This document shows positions 1-13,464 of a stretch of DNA of 64,000 nucleotides, one piece after another. The notes under the pieces are model-generated. The model was not told the origin of the DNA. It did no database searches and worked only from the letters and a program-made list of their open reading frames with translations. The first letter of the stretch is position 1. The number at the start of each line of letters is the position of its first letter. The DNA lies in the NCBI GenBank assembly GCA_951406725.2, contig OX597824.1, positions 56,730,001 through 56,794,000 on the forward strand, in the 5' to 3' direction. This DNA comes from Octopus vulgaris (taxonomy: Eukaryota). The position numbers and the translations under genes are program-made.

Positions 1-910
1 GAGAAAGACAGAGAGAGAGAAGGAGATAATGGAAGACTACTGCTGATATTTCTACTACTACTACTACTACTACTAAAATTGTGTTTAGGGTGTGGTATAC
101 ATTTATATTTATCATCTATATAAATTGCCTTGATAACATTCTTTAACTTTTCCTACAGAATAAATGTAAAGAACAACAACAACAATGGCAGCAACAACAA
201 ACATTCCTGTTACTACGTCCACGACAACCCCATCAACTGATGAATGCGGAAAGTTTATGAAATTCATCTTTGTAGGTCCATACAGGCTAGGTTTTCATCC
301 TCTGCCTTATCACATCCAATCAGTGTCTTTCAACACTTACCGTCTGTATATAGCTAACTCCCTCACACCCTCTTAATACTGCAATCAATTGATGATTATC
401 AATAAAAGCCTGATACATTTACAGGTTCCATGAAATACACACATGGCAATCTCTCTATCGGCTTACTCATATAGTGATAGATGCAGTCATGCGCACAAAT
501 GTGTTATGAGCATTCTTAGTTACATGCATTATGTGGAAACATACAAATGTAATTTTGAATGTAAAGAAAATAGTTACTTATACAGAACGCAGCAAAAATA
601 TCTCACATTTATCATTTTTGGTAAACGTGTGAGCAGTAAACGTACGATATGCACCACTACAAGCCATGATCACAAAAAAGCAAAAAAAAAGCCCCGCGTT
701 AAAACGTTAATTATACCAGAAGTTCTCAACTGGGGTCCAAATGACCCCTGAGTGTCTTTTAGGGGTCCATGCAAGCAAAATAGTTAATTGGGGACCATGA
801 AAGATTTTGATTTCGATGTATTTATTGCAAGAAACAGAAAAATTTATTTCTCTAATGTGTTATATAGTTCAAACTACACAAGTGAATTTGCTTCCTATGC
901 AACCCAGAAA

Positions 911-1313
911 ATATCACATAATCACACAAAACTAATCACTAAAGGAAAAAAGAGTTCATCTCATGCTGCAGGCACCAAAGTAAATTAAGCCTAACAAAAT
1001 GGTCGAAATCCTAAACTATATAATCACTATTTAGAATTTGGAAAACGGAGACTATGCGAAAGCTCGTCGTATATTCGCATGTATGTTTATATACGCGCTT
1101 GTGTATGTGAGTGTGTGTGTGTGTGTGTGTGTGTCATGTTTACGTCTTTGTAACTAAAATTAAAACCGCCAGTCTCCGTTTTCCAAATTCCAAATGGTGA
1201 TTATCATGTTTAGGGTTTCGACCATTTTGTTAGGCTTAATTTACTTTGGTGCCTGCAGCGTGAGATGAACTCTTTCTTCGTTTAGTGATTAGTTTTGTGT
1301 GATTATGTGATAT
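911..1313. repeat. Inverted repeat, ~143-bp arms (911-1053 / 1171-1313) around a (GT)n spacer; MITE or foldback remnant
   Basis: ATATCACATAATCACACAAAACTAATCAC...GGAAAACGGAGACT is the reverse complement of AGTCTCCGTTTTCC...GTGTGATTATGTGATAT with few mismatches. Confidence 0.85.
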
Positions 1314-1472
1314 ATAATAATAAAAATGTTTCAAACTTTGGCACAAGGCCAGCAATATTAGGGGTAGGGATTTAGTCAATAGCATCGAATGGTACTTTAT
1401 TTTATTGATCTCAGAGGAATGAAAAGCAAAGTTGACCACGGCGTAATAGAATATTAGAATAATAATAATGAA

Positions 1473-1506
<34 letters not shown>

Positions 1507-1515
1507 TTGGTGATG

Positions 1516-1565
<50 letters not shown>

Positions 1566-1569
1566 CCTT

Positions 1570-1975
1570 TCTACTAAAGTTACAAAGCTTGAAATTTGTG
1601 GGGTGGGGACAAGTTGGTTACATTGATCTCAATGTTTCACTGGTACTTAATTTACCAACCCCGAAAGGATGAAAGGCAAAGCCGACGTCGATGGAATTTG
1701 AACTCAGAATGTAAAGACGGACGAAATGCCGCTAAACATTTTGTGCGGCGGGCTAACGATTCAGCCAGCTCTCCCTCTTGATAATAAGGATAAATGTTTC
1801 AAATTTTGCCACAAGGGCAGCAATTTTGGGGAAGGGGATGATTCAATTAAATCGATCCCAGTGTTCAACTGGTACTATTTTATCGATACCGAAAGGATGA
1901 AAGGCAAAGTCGACCTCGGCGGAGTTTGAAGTCAGATCGTAAAGACGGAAGAAATGCGGCTACCGATTCTGCTAG
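1570..1975 (-). mobile_element. Two adjacent degraded copies of tRNA-derived SINE family A
   Basis: Both contain the family A block (A)CCCGAAAGGATGAAAGGCAAAG(T)CGAC...GGA.TTTGAA.TCAGA.(C)GTAAAGACGG, as at 7958-8187. Confidence 0.8.
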
Positions 1976-2064
1976 ATTATGTATGTGCATAATAATATAG
2001 ACAGACACGCATGCATATATATATATATACACACATATATATGTATGTTTATATATAAATATAT

Positions 2065-2321
2065 GTATAAAACAGGCTCACAGGTCCTTCCCGAGTCATA
2101 GGCTCGTAGGCCGCTTTCCAGTATTCTGTAGGGTATATATTCCCTCCTCGGACGGAAAGCCGGTCCGTTGCTGGATAACTCATTTTTGCCAACTGGGTGA
2201 ACTGGACCAATGTGAAATGTAGTGTTTTGCTCAAGAACAGAACGCATTGGTCCAGGAATCGAAGCCACAATCTTATGATCACGAGTGCAACACCCCAAGC
2301 ATTAAGCCACGCGCTTTCACT
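2065..2321 (-). mobile_element. tRNA-derived SINE family C (CORE-like body)
   Basis: Minus strand GTGAAAGCGCGTGGCTTAATG (A box)...GGCTTCGATTCC (B box)...TTCTTGAGCAAAACACT; related copy at 34174-34495 (+). Confidence 0.6.
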
Positions 2322-2538
2322 CTAATGAGTTCTATGGGGCTGAGTCAAACTGTTATTAGATAATAAATATATATATAAAAATTAGAAAAAAACACCTTTT
2401 ATCAATTCAAAATGAACAATTAAATTACACCAACTAGAAAATTACATATAATAGAAAAGTTAAAATTAAAATAACAATAAAATGTAAAGATTAAGTAAAT
2501 TGCAAAAATAAAAAAAAAACGTATATAATAGGTAGAAA

Positions 2539-2625
2539 AACGACACGTGTTTCGCGGCTATATTTAAGAAATGATTATAGCAGTAAAGAAATCACTTCGA
2601 TATAAATATAGTCGCTCATCAGGTT
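2539..2625 (-). ncRNA. Type I hammerhead ribozyme, long stem II
   Basis: AAC-CTGATGA-GCGACTATATTTA...TAAATATAGCCGC-GAAA-CACGT-GTC-GTT; palindromic stem III ACACGTGT. Confidence 0.85.
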
Positions 2626-2668
2626 AAAAATAAAATAGAACAATAAAATAATTAATTAATAAATATAC

Positions 2669-2717
<49 letters not shown>

Positions 2718-3866
2718 TATATGAAAATCCTAAATATACATGTATACTCTTCAATCTTCGCTAAGCTAAGTCTGATTTTTTATAGTTTCTCTATTTCATT
2801 TGAATATTGAACCGTTGTGTGTTTGAAATTATTATTATTGTTGAGATTATTATTGTTTGTTTGTAATATAATTATTTATTTATAGTTTCTTGATAGTATT
2901 TTTTACGCCCGATGTTTAATTGTCATAAAAGATTTTATGTTTTACATATTATTTAATTTGTGAATTAATATTGTTAGACTATATTTCTTATAATAATTAG
3001 ATTATATTTGCATTAAATAGTATTATTTTAAAATAAACTAGTTTTTATTTTAATATAAAATTTATGCTTAACTTTTTTTATCGTGTGATATATTAAATCT
3101 ATAGATATCATACATGGATATTAATATAACGAGTTTATATAATGGATTTGAGTGTATTCGTACTATTTCACATTTTTTATTGTATTTTTCATGAATGGAA
3201 TCGATTGAGTTCATTTTAAAATCTAGATAGATTAACAGAATCGTTGAACTTAGTAATTTAGTTTGCTTATCAATATTAGTTAATTCTTGCTATTATTTTG
3301 ACTTTGATCGTTGTTATTATTGTTATTGTTATTGTTATTGACTGGTTTGGTAGAGGACTGGTGAATGTGATTGTACATCTTCATAGTGTATTGTTCTTTG
3401 GTTCTAATATTTTTGCACCTTTCTTTAATTTGGGGTTGATAGGTTTTCTTACTTTCCATTAACATATTATTCTCGCTATTATTGACAGATATTACTAACG
3501 ACAGATATTGATTATTATCTCTCTCTCTCTCTTTTTTTGTTTTTTATTTTTATTTTATTTTTTTCTATTATTTAATATATTATATTATATATATATAGGT
3601 GGCTTCTGTATTTGTAATACTAAATTTAAGTTAATTAGGTATTATATTATTTGATATTTAGTCAACTTTGTTATAGATTGTTATATTAAATCTATAGATA
3701 CTACACATGTATATTTATTATATGGTTAGCTTATTTAAAGAGTTTGTCTATATTTGAAATATTTCTTATTTTGATTACAATTTAATGACTTGTACTAGCT
3801 TTGTGTATTTTATTTAATTATTTAAGTATTACTTTATTTTTCACTTTTTCACTTAGGATTTTCATG

Positions 3867-3956
<90 letters not shown>

Positions 3957-4004
3957 TTAAAGTATATTTATTAATTAATTATTTTATTGTTCTATTTTAT
4001 TTTT

Positions 4005-4091
4005 AACCTGATGAGCGATTATATTTATATCGAAGTGATTTCTTTACTACTATAATCATTTCTTAAATATAGCCGCGAAACACGTGTCATT
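4005..4091 (+). ncRNA. Type I hammerhead ribozyme (inverted sister of 2539-2625)
   Basis: CTGATGA at 4008, GCG...CGC stem II, GAAACACGTGTC ending at 4088. Confidence 0.8.
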
Positions 4092-4364
4092 TTTCTACCT
4101 ATTATATACGTTATTATTATTATTTTTGCAATTTACTTAATCTTTACATTTTATTGATATTTTAATTTTAACTTTTCTATTATATGTAATTTTCTAGTTG
4201 GTGTAATTTAATTGTTCCTTTTGAATTGATAAAAGGTGGGTTTTTTTCTAATTTATACATATATATATATATTATATTGTGTGAAATTTGATTTAGTATT
4301 TCTAAATTGAATTTTTTTTCCTTGTAAGTTTGGATTTTATTCCCTCAAATAATAGTTATTATTT

Positions 4365-4550
4365 CCCCTTCCCTCTGCTCCCTCACTCCCTCTCTCCCCT
4401 TCTCTCTCCCCCTCTCCCTCTTTCCTCCGTCCTCCCCTCCTCCCCTTCCTTCTCCCCTCCTCTCTCCCCCCTCCTCTCCTCTTCCCCCTCTCCTCCCCCT
4501 CTTCTTCCACTCCCCTTCTCCCCCCTCTTCTCCCCTCCCCTCTTCTCCTC
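4365..4550 (+). repeat. Polypyrimidine (CT-rich) low-complexity tract
   Basis: Almost exclusively C/T. Confidence 0.9.
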
Positions 4551-4594
4551 ACTACACCACACGACTTTACACATCACATCATATATGATGTGCC

Positions 4595-4985
4595 ATACTA
4601 ATACATACACCAACTAATACATACTAATACGTACTAATACATACTAATACATACTAATACATACACCAACCCTATACATACACACGTCCAGACCCCGCAT
4701 ACGCACTTATACTCTCTCATACACACACACACACACTTATACATACTAATACGTACTAATACATACTAATACATACTAATACATACACCAACCCCATACA
4801 TACGCACGTCCAGACCAATCCTACGCACTAATACTCTCTCATACACACACACACACACACACACCCTTATACATACTAATACATACACCAACCCTATACA
4901 TACACACATCCAGACCCCTCCTACGCACTATTAGCTGGTCCTTCAACCCTATTATCAACCCTATTATCAACCCTATTATTTCCCC
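4595..4985 (+). repeat. Compound tandem repeat: (CATACTAATA)n blocks in three ~110-130-bp units, then (AACCCTATTATC)x3
   Basis: CATACACCAACCC.ATACATAC.CAC.TCCAGACC recurs near 4660, 4780 and 4880. Confidence 0.8.
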
Positions 4986-5112
4986 TTATTTCGCTCTCGC
5001 GTCTCATGTTTGATCTTTGACCTCTGGCCGAAATCAGATCGCCATGTTGATTCGTTAGCTACTGCACGCATTTTTTCTCTCCTTCTTTCTGTGTTTTTTT
5101 TCTCTCTGTGTA

Positions 5113-5150
5113 TCTTTCTGTTGAAGAGCGTAGGCTCGAAACGTTAAAGA
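5113..5150 (+). ncRNA. Minimal hammerhead variant with non-canonical core
   Basis: TCTTT-CTGTTGA-A-GAGC-GTAG-GCTC-GAAA-CG-TT-AAAGA: stems I and II pair, palindromic ACGT stem III. Confidence 0.55.
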
Positions 5151-5247
5151 CTTGTTTTATTTATATTTCCTGAGCGCCATACTAATACAATCGTTCGTTT
5201 GTTTTCCACCTGCCTTCGTCTTTTGTCTATTTTCATAAAGCTTCCCG

Positions 5248-5315
<68 letters not shown>

Positions 5316-5509
5316 ACATATGTATATAATAAATAGTCTGGGTACAATATGCACCTGTTTGCTTGAAAGAAGAGTTTAAAAACCTCCAAAACTACGCATC
5401 TCTCACTATATATAAACACGCACGGAGAATAATAGCAAACATATTTCTCCGAAACGGTCCTTCCACTTGCAAAATACAAATAATAAAATACAAATGCGAG
5501 CTTAGACAT

Positions 5510-5569
5510 CCTAGTATCAATTGATTTCGCTTTCTGTGTCGAACCAACACTTAAAGCTCATCAGTTAGG
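5510..5569 (-). ncRNA. Type I hammerhead ribozyme
   Basis: CCTAA-CTGATGA-GCTTT..GTGTT..GACAC..AAAGC-GAAA-TCAATTGA-TA-CTAGG; palindromic stem III ATCAATTGAT, AUA triplet. Confidence 0.85.
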
Positions 5570-5790
5570 CTCACTACGTAAACTATTTAAAAAAAACATT
5601 TACCTTCTCGTGCGCGTTGTTCAGCTGAAGACCCCGTGACTTCTTAACGAACATTAGCGCGCAAGTATAAATTTAAAATTCAAATAATTTATTATCTATA
5701 AAAACAATGATAAAGTGGGCAGCAATCAATCCAAATATGAAAAATATATAATAAAAACTCAGGATAAAATATGCGCCTCAAAAACTTCGC

Positions 5791-5826
<36 letters not shown>

Positions 5827-5894
5827 TTGCTTTGTTAAAGTATTTGAGAAAAATTATATTAATGTGGCCAACTGATTAAAATTCTATTTATTTG

Positions 5895-5980
5895 TGCAGC
5901 TGATGATAGCTCTGCATTTAAACTGAAGTAATGATTGCATTGTTCAATTAAATGGAGCCGCTTGAAACGGTCGTACTGCA
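5895..5980 (+). ncRNA. Type I hammerhead ribozyme, long stem II
   Basis: TGCAG-CTGATGA-..GCTC..CATTTA..TAAATG-GAGC..-GAAA-CGGTCG-TA-CTGCA. Confidence 0.8.
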
Positions 5981-6001
5981 TCACTTCTTGATATCCTGTT
6001 G

Positions 6002-7280
<1,279 letters not shown>

Positions 7281-7425
7281 TTGAATATATGAGTTCAGCA
7301 AAAATTTAGATTCAGATGAATATGGTACTTAAGTTGAGGCACCAGAATTTTGTACGGTATTATCCATACAATTTCAAAATAAGGTGATTAGAATCAAAAT
7401 AAGCAACATGGCTATCCAGAAGTAA

Positions 7426-7511
7426 TGCAGTACGATCGTTTCACGCAACTCCATTTAATTGAACACTGAAACCATTACATCAATTTAAATGCAGAGCAAT
7501 CCTCAGCTGCA
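7426..7511 (-). ncRNA. Type I hammerhead ribozyme, diverged inverted homolog of 5895-5980
   Basis: TGCAG-CTGAGGA-..GCTCTGCATTTA..TAAATGGAGT..-GAAA-CGATCG-TA-CTGCA; perfect palindrome ACGATCGT. Confidence 0.85.
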
Positions 7512-7901
7512 CAAAGACATAGAATTTAATTAAATTAACACAGATGGACACATTAGTATAATTTTGCCTAAAATCTCCAAGAAGTTAAGGAGATAGACAA
7601 AGAACATTGTTGCCTTTCCTTCCACTTAGAAGCTACTAAGTTATCAGAAAGAAAAACATTTTCCGAATTTGTGTAAACGTGTATAGAATAATATATCAGT
7701 AGAGTAAAGTTAAAACATTGTCTGGTTTTCACATATTTTATTATGGTATTTAAAAAATATATATAAATTCTCTTACAATGTTGAAGTGTGTTAAACATTA
7801 AAGAAATATTTTGTATGTCCACAAAATTCAATTAGCGCTTTCATACGTTCGTAGTAACCACCAGATTTCAAAATGTATTTAACTGACAGTTAACTCAACT
7901 G

Positions 7902-7939
<38 letters not shown>

Positions 7940-7957
7940 ACACACATATGTATATAT

Positions 7958-8187
7958 ATTTCTTTATTGCCCACAAGGGGCTAAACATAGAGGGGACAAA
8001 CACGGACAGACAAAGGGATCAAGTCGTTTACATCGACCCCAGTGCGTAACTGGTACTTAATTTATCGACCCCGAAAGGATGAAAGGCAAAGTCGACCTCG
8101 GCGGAATTTGAACTCAGAACGTAACGACAGACGAAATACGGCTACGCATTTCGCCCGGCGTGCTAACGTTTCTGCCAGCTCGCCGCC
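7958..8187 (-). mobile_element. Full-length tRNA-derived SINE family A (Meta-domain-like body, Tx1-like tail)
   Basis: GGCGGCGAGCTGGCAGAAACGTT (A box), GAGTTCAAATTCC (B box), GCCTTTCATCCTTTCGGGGTCGATAAATTAAGTACCAG, tail ...TTGTGGGCAATAAAGAAA. Confidence 0.9.
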
Positions 8188-8677
8188 TTCATACATATAT
8201 CTACAGATATACATATATACATACACACATATATGTATATATATATATATATATATATAATCCAAATAAGAAGACAAAGACTTTAACACATCTTTAATGT
8301 TAGAGTTGTTTCTTTACCAACGCTAGTTTACACGCCAGTTCATGCAAAAGTTCCAAGTGAAAATTTACGTAATATTTGCAGATTTAAACATTTGAGGAGC
8401 ACTTCATCAGAACTGCCCTAAGAGGTGTATTCTGCATTGTGCGTCTGCTAGACTTTGTGTTTTGCTTATAGCGGGAGGAAACAAAAGGTAGATAAAGATG
8501 AAAATGCAAATAGATTGTGAAAAGATGGACAGGGCAAGCAAAAGTGTCAAGACCAAAGTAGATAAATGTATGGTTAGGGGATAAAGAAGCAGCAGTAGAG
8601 GAAGGAGAAAACGAGAGAGAGAAAATATAGAAGAAGAAGAAAAGTGTAAGAAGGAGGATAAACAGAAAGGGAAAGTG

Positions 8678-8735
<58 letters not shown>

Positions 8736-8751
8736 TAAACAGAAAGGGAAA

Positions 8752-8794
<43 letters not shown>

Positions 8795-8795
<1 letters not shown>

Positions 8796-9937
8796 AAGTA
8801 GATAAATGAATTATCTTATTACGGATAATTCAAATGATAACCGATACCTGGGTAGGAAAAATCACAACAGAAAAAGCACGGTTGAACTTACGACCATGGG
8901 GCATAAAATCCGTGCCTTAGTGCGGAAATTTGAAGTTTTATGTATTAAATGTAGGAAGAAATGGAGCTGAACGAAGATTTAACAAAATTCCTTTTTATTA
9001 TTTTCTACATATGTTTCGAAGGCTGCAAAGTCCCTAATTCGGATTGAATAAGGAGTCCATTTTGCAGCCTTCTCTTCAGGAAAATCCAGGAACTTAATTC
9101 TCCAACAAAATGCACAGCAAGCTTTTCGACAAACGCTCACGAGGAGCCAATGAAATAAATGGCACAAACAGTCTATCTATATGCGTTGACGCCAGACTGG
9201 GTGAAAGCAGAAGAGATTGTCCGTTGAGATAGTTCAAGGTCAGAATCCGGTTAGCAGAAGGGGGGTACAGGAAAATCAAAGAGTGTGAATGTATTCTGTA
9301 TGACTGGTGTTTATATTTGAATTATTTTAAGAATGAGTGTTAGAGTGTTTGAGTGTGAGAAATTGCTTTAATGTATGTGTGACAGTGTGTTTCGAAGGCA
9401 GAAAGAGAGAGAGATATAGCAGGTATTAATGGTCAAGCAACTGAAAAAACTGTGTCTGTGTGTTCGTATGTGACCACTTGATAGAGAGAGGGGGTGTCCA
9501 CAATGGCCATGGCAGGATACAGTGCTGCTGTCAGGGATTGCAGCAGTTCTAGACAACTAGCAGTTCTTATACTAACAGGGAAGGGATATCCCCTTTCAAA
9601 TTTTATTCAAATTTTTTTCAATTTTTTTAGGAAATCAAGGGGTTATCTATAATAGACTTCATTGGTATGAGAGAAAGGTATGCCGTTTCCAGTGGGGGCA
9701 TCTGAAAGAATTTTGCACAATCGAGTTAACATGGTGCCCTCGGGCGAACAGAATATGAAAAAGTTCTGAGTTACAAAGAGCACAGATTTTTTTGCCCTTA
9801 TCAAACGGTAAAGACACCGATAAAATTGACCATTCCAGTCTAAAACTTTCACGATATTCAGAATTATGTTTTTCTTCAATATTCATTTTGTTAACGATAA
9901 TTATCTTTTGAATCAACTTTAGGAACAAACATCTCAT
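8795..9937 (-). mobile_element. 5'-truncated Naiad-type Penelope-like element: GIY-YIG C-terminus plus 3' pseudo-LTR
   Basis: FRLEWSILSVSLPFDKGKKICALCNSELFHILF...CPH matches the C-terminus of ORF 60060-61484; 8845-8990 is homologous to 59565-59707. Confidence 0.85.
9001..9084 (-). ncRNA. Type I hammerhead ribozyme, 12-bp stem II base
   Basis: TTTTC-CTGAAGA-GAAGGCTGCAAA...TTTGCAGCCTTC-GAAA-CATAT-GTA-GAAAA; palindrome ACATATGT. Confidence 0.92.
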
Positions 9938-10578
9938 TCATACACACATATACATGCATACGCACACACACAGACACACACATGTGTACTGTACTGAATA
10001 ACCGACTGAATTATAAATAACAGCAGTAATATCTATAATTCGTAATTTGCAATACCATACATAAATGAAGAAAGAGCAAAGAAAATAAATAAACACTATA
10101 CATACATATATATGTATATATGAATATAAAAATATAAACGCACACGCATACACACACGCGCAGACGCGAGCGCACGCAGGCTCACACAAACACAACACAA
10201 CAAAGTAAAATAATAAATTGGAGGATCATTCAATACTTTTCAGTAGTTTACCATATTTATTAGTATTCACAAGGTAAAAATTGACAGTAACTGAAGCTTC
10301 GGCAAAGTGCCCGTCATCAGAGAGTAGTTTGCTTTAGTTTTCAAGCCTTATATATAGCTTTGGCAGGGTGTGACTTTGGTGGGTGGTGCAATGGATATGA
10401 AAATTAGGTGTTACAAGTGAGTTCGAAGGTAGAGAGAGGTAGTTACGCAGGAAAAGGTAATGGAGAAGGGCCGGAAGGAAATATATGCTTGTATGTTGGG
10501 TTGGGAAAGAATGTAGGGACAGTGTATGATAAAGGAATATTGTTATTGTTTGGGTTATATATATTATATATGTACGCA

Positions 10579-10659
<81 letters not shown>

Positions 10660-10702
10660 TACTTGGCAAAATGCGAGCATGAAAAGTAATATTCGTAAGA
10701 TT

Positions 10703-11132
10703 ATAAACCTGGAAAAGTACAGGACAAATTATTACACCTGTAAAAATATAGGAAAAAGCTATTACTTCTAGTAAAGTAAAGAATAAGAAACTTTTTTCTT
10801 AAAATATTGCAGCAAAGAATGCCACTTCTAATTTATCATTTTTTACAGTTCTCATCTTTTAAATTTATTGTACAAAACTGTTCAGCAAATTTGTAAGTTT
10901 GTCTAATTAGTCACTTTTTTTTCCGAATTCAAGGCAGTAAATTAGCCAAATTCTACTTAAATAAGTATAGTATTATTTGCAAACAAAATAAAATAAGTTT
11001 TAATATTCAAATTTTAATTTTAGCTGCAATATTTTAAGTAAAAAGTTTCTTATTCTTTACTTTACTAGAAGTAAAAGCTTGTCTTATACTTTTACAGGTG
11101 TGATAACGTGTCCTGTATTTCTCTAAGTTTAT
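10703..11132. repeat. Inverted repeat with ~95-bp arms (MITE/foldback-like)
   Basis: TACTTCTAGTAAAGTAAAGAATAAGAAACTTTT versus AAAAGTTTCTTATTCTTTACTTTACTAGAAGTA. Confidence 0.75.
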
Positions 11133-11961
11133 GTGTGTGTGTGTCTGTGTTTTTCCCCCCAACATCGCTTGACAACCGATGCCGCTGTCTTTACGTTCCC
11201 GTAACTTAGCGGTATGTATACATATACATACATACATACATATATATATGTATATATACACATATATACATCTATATATATACATCTGTATATATACAAA
11301 TACATATATACATACACATATATATATATACAGGCATACATTCACACTCCCGCATACACGTACATACATACACACACATACATATATATATATATATGTA
11401 TACATATACATCATCCTATCACACCTATACCCGCACATATACAAACATATGCATATCCATATAAATGAAGGCGACGTGTGCATGAAAGTGGCACTTATGC
11501 ACTGCACACAGTCTTACATTCATTTACATGCATATACACATGCATATTTATACACACGCACATACATATAAATATAAAATATATACATATACATATACTC
11601 ACATACGTACATATTCACGCAATTGAAAATGAAAAAAAAATGAAAGAAATTAAAAGAAGTTAAGACATATGGGAAGTTTGTGCACGAACATAGTAAAAAT
11701 GTAGATTCTAGCCGTGATCTTGGTATCCCCAAACCATAACAGTTATTTTGTCACATTTGGACATGATCAAAAAGTTCAGTTCTTGAACTTAGCGGGTCGA
11801 AAGAACTTTTCCAAATGAGCTATCTTTCTATATTACAAAGACCGCACTTACAACTACGGCTGGTATGAGGTTTACACTTGGCTAAGATCTTCCAGTAAAT
11901 TCTATAGCTGACATCTTGTTCTTTTAAGAATCATATATAACTGGATAATTTGGCAGTATGC

Positions 11962-12016
<55 letters not shown>

Positions 12017-12135
12017 CACACACACACACGTATATTTATATGTATAAATGTCTAAGTATATATCTATTGTTACGTGCATGCATGCAAAAACCTGTGTATA
12101 TATGTATATGAGGATGAAGTTGCGTGCACATATAC

Positions 12136-12194
<59 letters not shown>

Positions 12195-12331
12195 GATAAT
12201 ATATACATATATATATTATACATAAATATATATATAATATATATATAATATATATATTTACATATAATATATATATATTATATATATATATATATGTGTG
12301 TATAGTGTAATAGTTATAATATTCATATATT

Positions 12332-12365
<34 letters not shown>

Positions 12366-12498
12366 TATATTACATATATAATATATATCATATATATATA
12401 TTATATATACATTATATATATATATTATATATATAATATATATCATATATATATATGTATGTATATATATAATATATATATATAGAATAAATGTATAT

Positions 12499-12549
<51 letters not shown>

Positions 12550-12632
12550 ATAGATAAATTTCTGTTTTACATAATATCGAGGGCTCATTCCATTCTTTTG
12601 TTGTCATGTTATCATTATTATTATATATACAT

Positions 12633-12696
<64 letters not shown>

Positions 12697-12715
12697 ATAT
12701 ATTATATATATATAT

Positions 12716-12753
<38 letters not shown>

Positions 12754-13099
12754 GTATTTATATATATATAAATTTAAAATGAGGGTAAGAAATTAGATAT
12801 TAATTTAGTTAACATTAATTTCACACCAGTGGTCTAGCATATAAAAAAAAAACTGAAGGTTCAGTAAAATTGTATTATATACATATTAGAGGGAAAGTAC
12901 TATGTGGACACCCTTATGCTTGAAATAGATCCGCTATGGTCTTACCACTAAGAAATGTTCTTAAGAAAATTTAGCAAAACAACCAAAACGTAATCGAGCA
13001 AGACAAAAGAAAAAGCAATAAAAATATGGATTATTTGCATACATGTTTCACAATTAACATTTTGCGTAATTTTACTTACATAAATGTCCGTAGGAAGTC

Positions 13100-13136
<37 letters not shown>

Positions 13137-13281
13137 CATATTATATATATATATTCGATATTTATTCCTTTATTCTTTTACTTGTTTCAGGCATTTCACT
13201 GCGGCCATGCTGGAGCACCACCTTTTAGTTGAGCAAATCGACCACAGGACATATTCTTTATAAGCCTAGTACTTATTATAT

Positions 13282-13464
13282 CGGTTAAAAAATGAAGGCG
13301 CTTGCACATCATTAGAAGCAAACGCCACAAACATTTTCTGAAATCTCTTTCGAAAGGTTAGTTTCTTTCGACTTTCTAAAAAGGTTCTTTTCTCAATTTT
13401 AAGTCTTTGATAAAAAAAAAATCTTCTCTCTGAATATTATAACTGTATCAAGGAATATCAAAAT
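13282..13464. repeat. ~180-bp arm with an inverted partner at 18643-18815 (possible PLE pseudo-LTR)
   Basis: TATAACTGTATCAAGGAATATCAAAA versus TTTTGATATTCCTTGATACAGTTATA; the partner lies near a GIY-YIG fragment. Confidence 0.7.

Larger units (their letters stand above)
2375..4257. mobile_element. Inverted pair of ~300-bp Penelope-type pseudo-LTRs (2375-2674 / 3956-4257), each with a hammerhead ribozyme; no RT ORF
   Basis: Arms are reverse complements, both abut (TA)n tracts and both carry CTGATGA...GAAACACGTGTC. Confidence 0.8.

Noticed and set aside
140-410. Possible terminal host exon (TTTCCTACAG acceptor at ~158, AATAAA at 401)
   Set aside because: Short, low-complexity peptide with no recognisable homology and no partner exons.
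716-800. hAT-MITE-like start CAGAAGTTCTCAACTGGGG
   Set aside because: No matching opposite TIR found.
7958-8187. tRNA gene
   Set aside because: A and B boxes belong to a multi-copy SINE head with a non-tRNA body and tail.
8315-8412. CTGATGA on the minus strand with a distal TAAACTAG
   Set aside because: Lacks GAAA and a coherent stem II closure.
10281-10325. Hammerhead-like CTGATGA..GGCA..TGCC-GAAG (minus strand)
   Set aside because: GAAG instead of GAAA and no stem I pairing; at best decayed.
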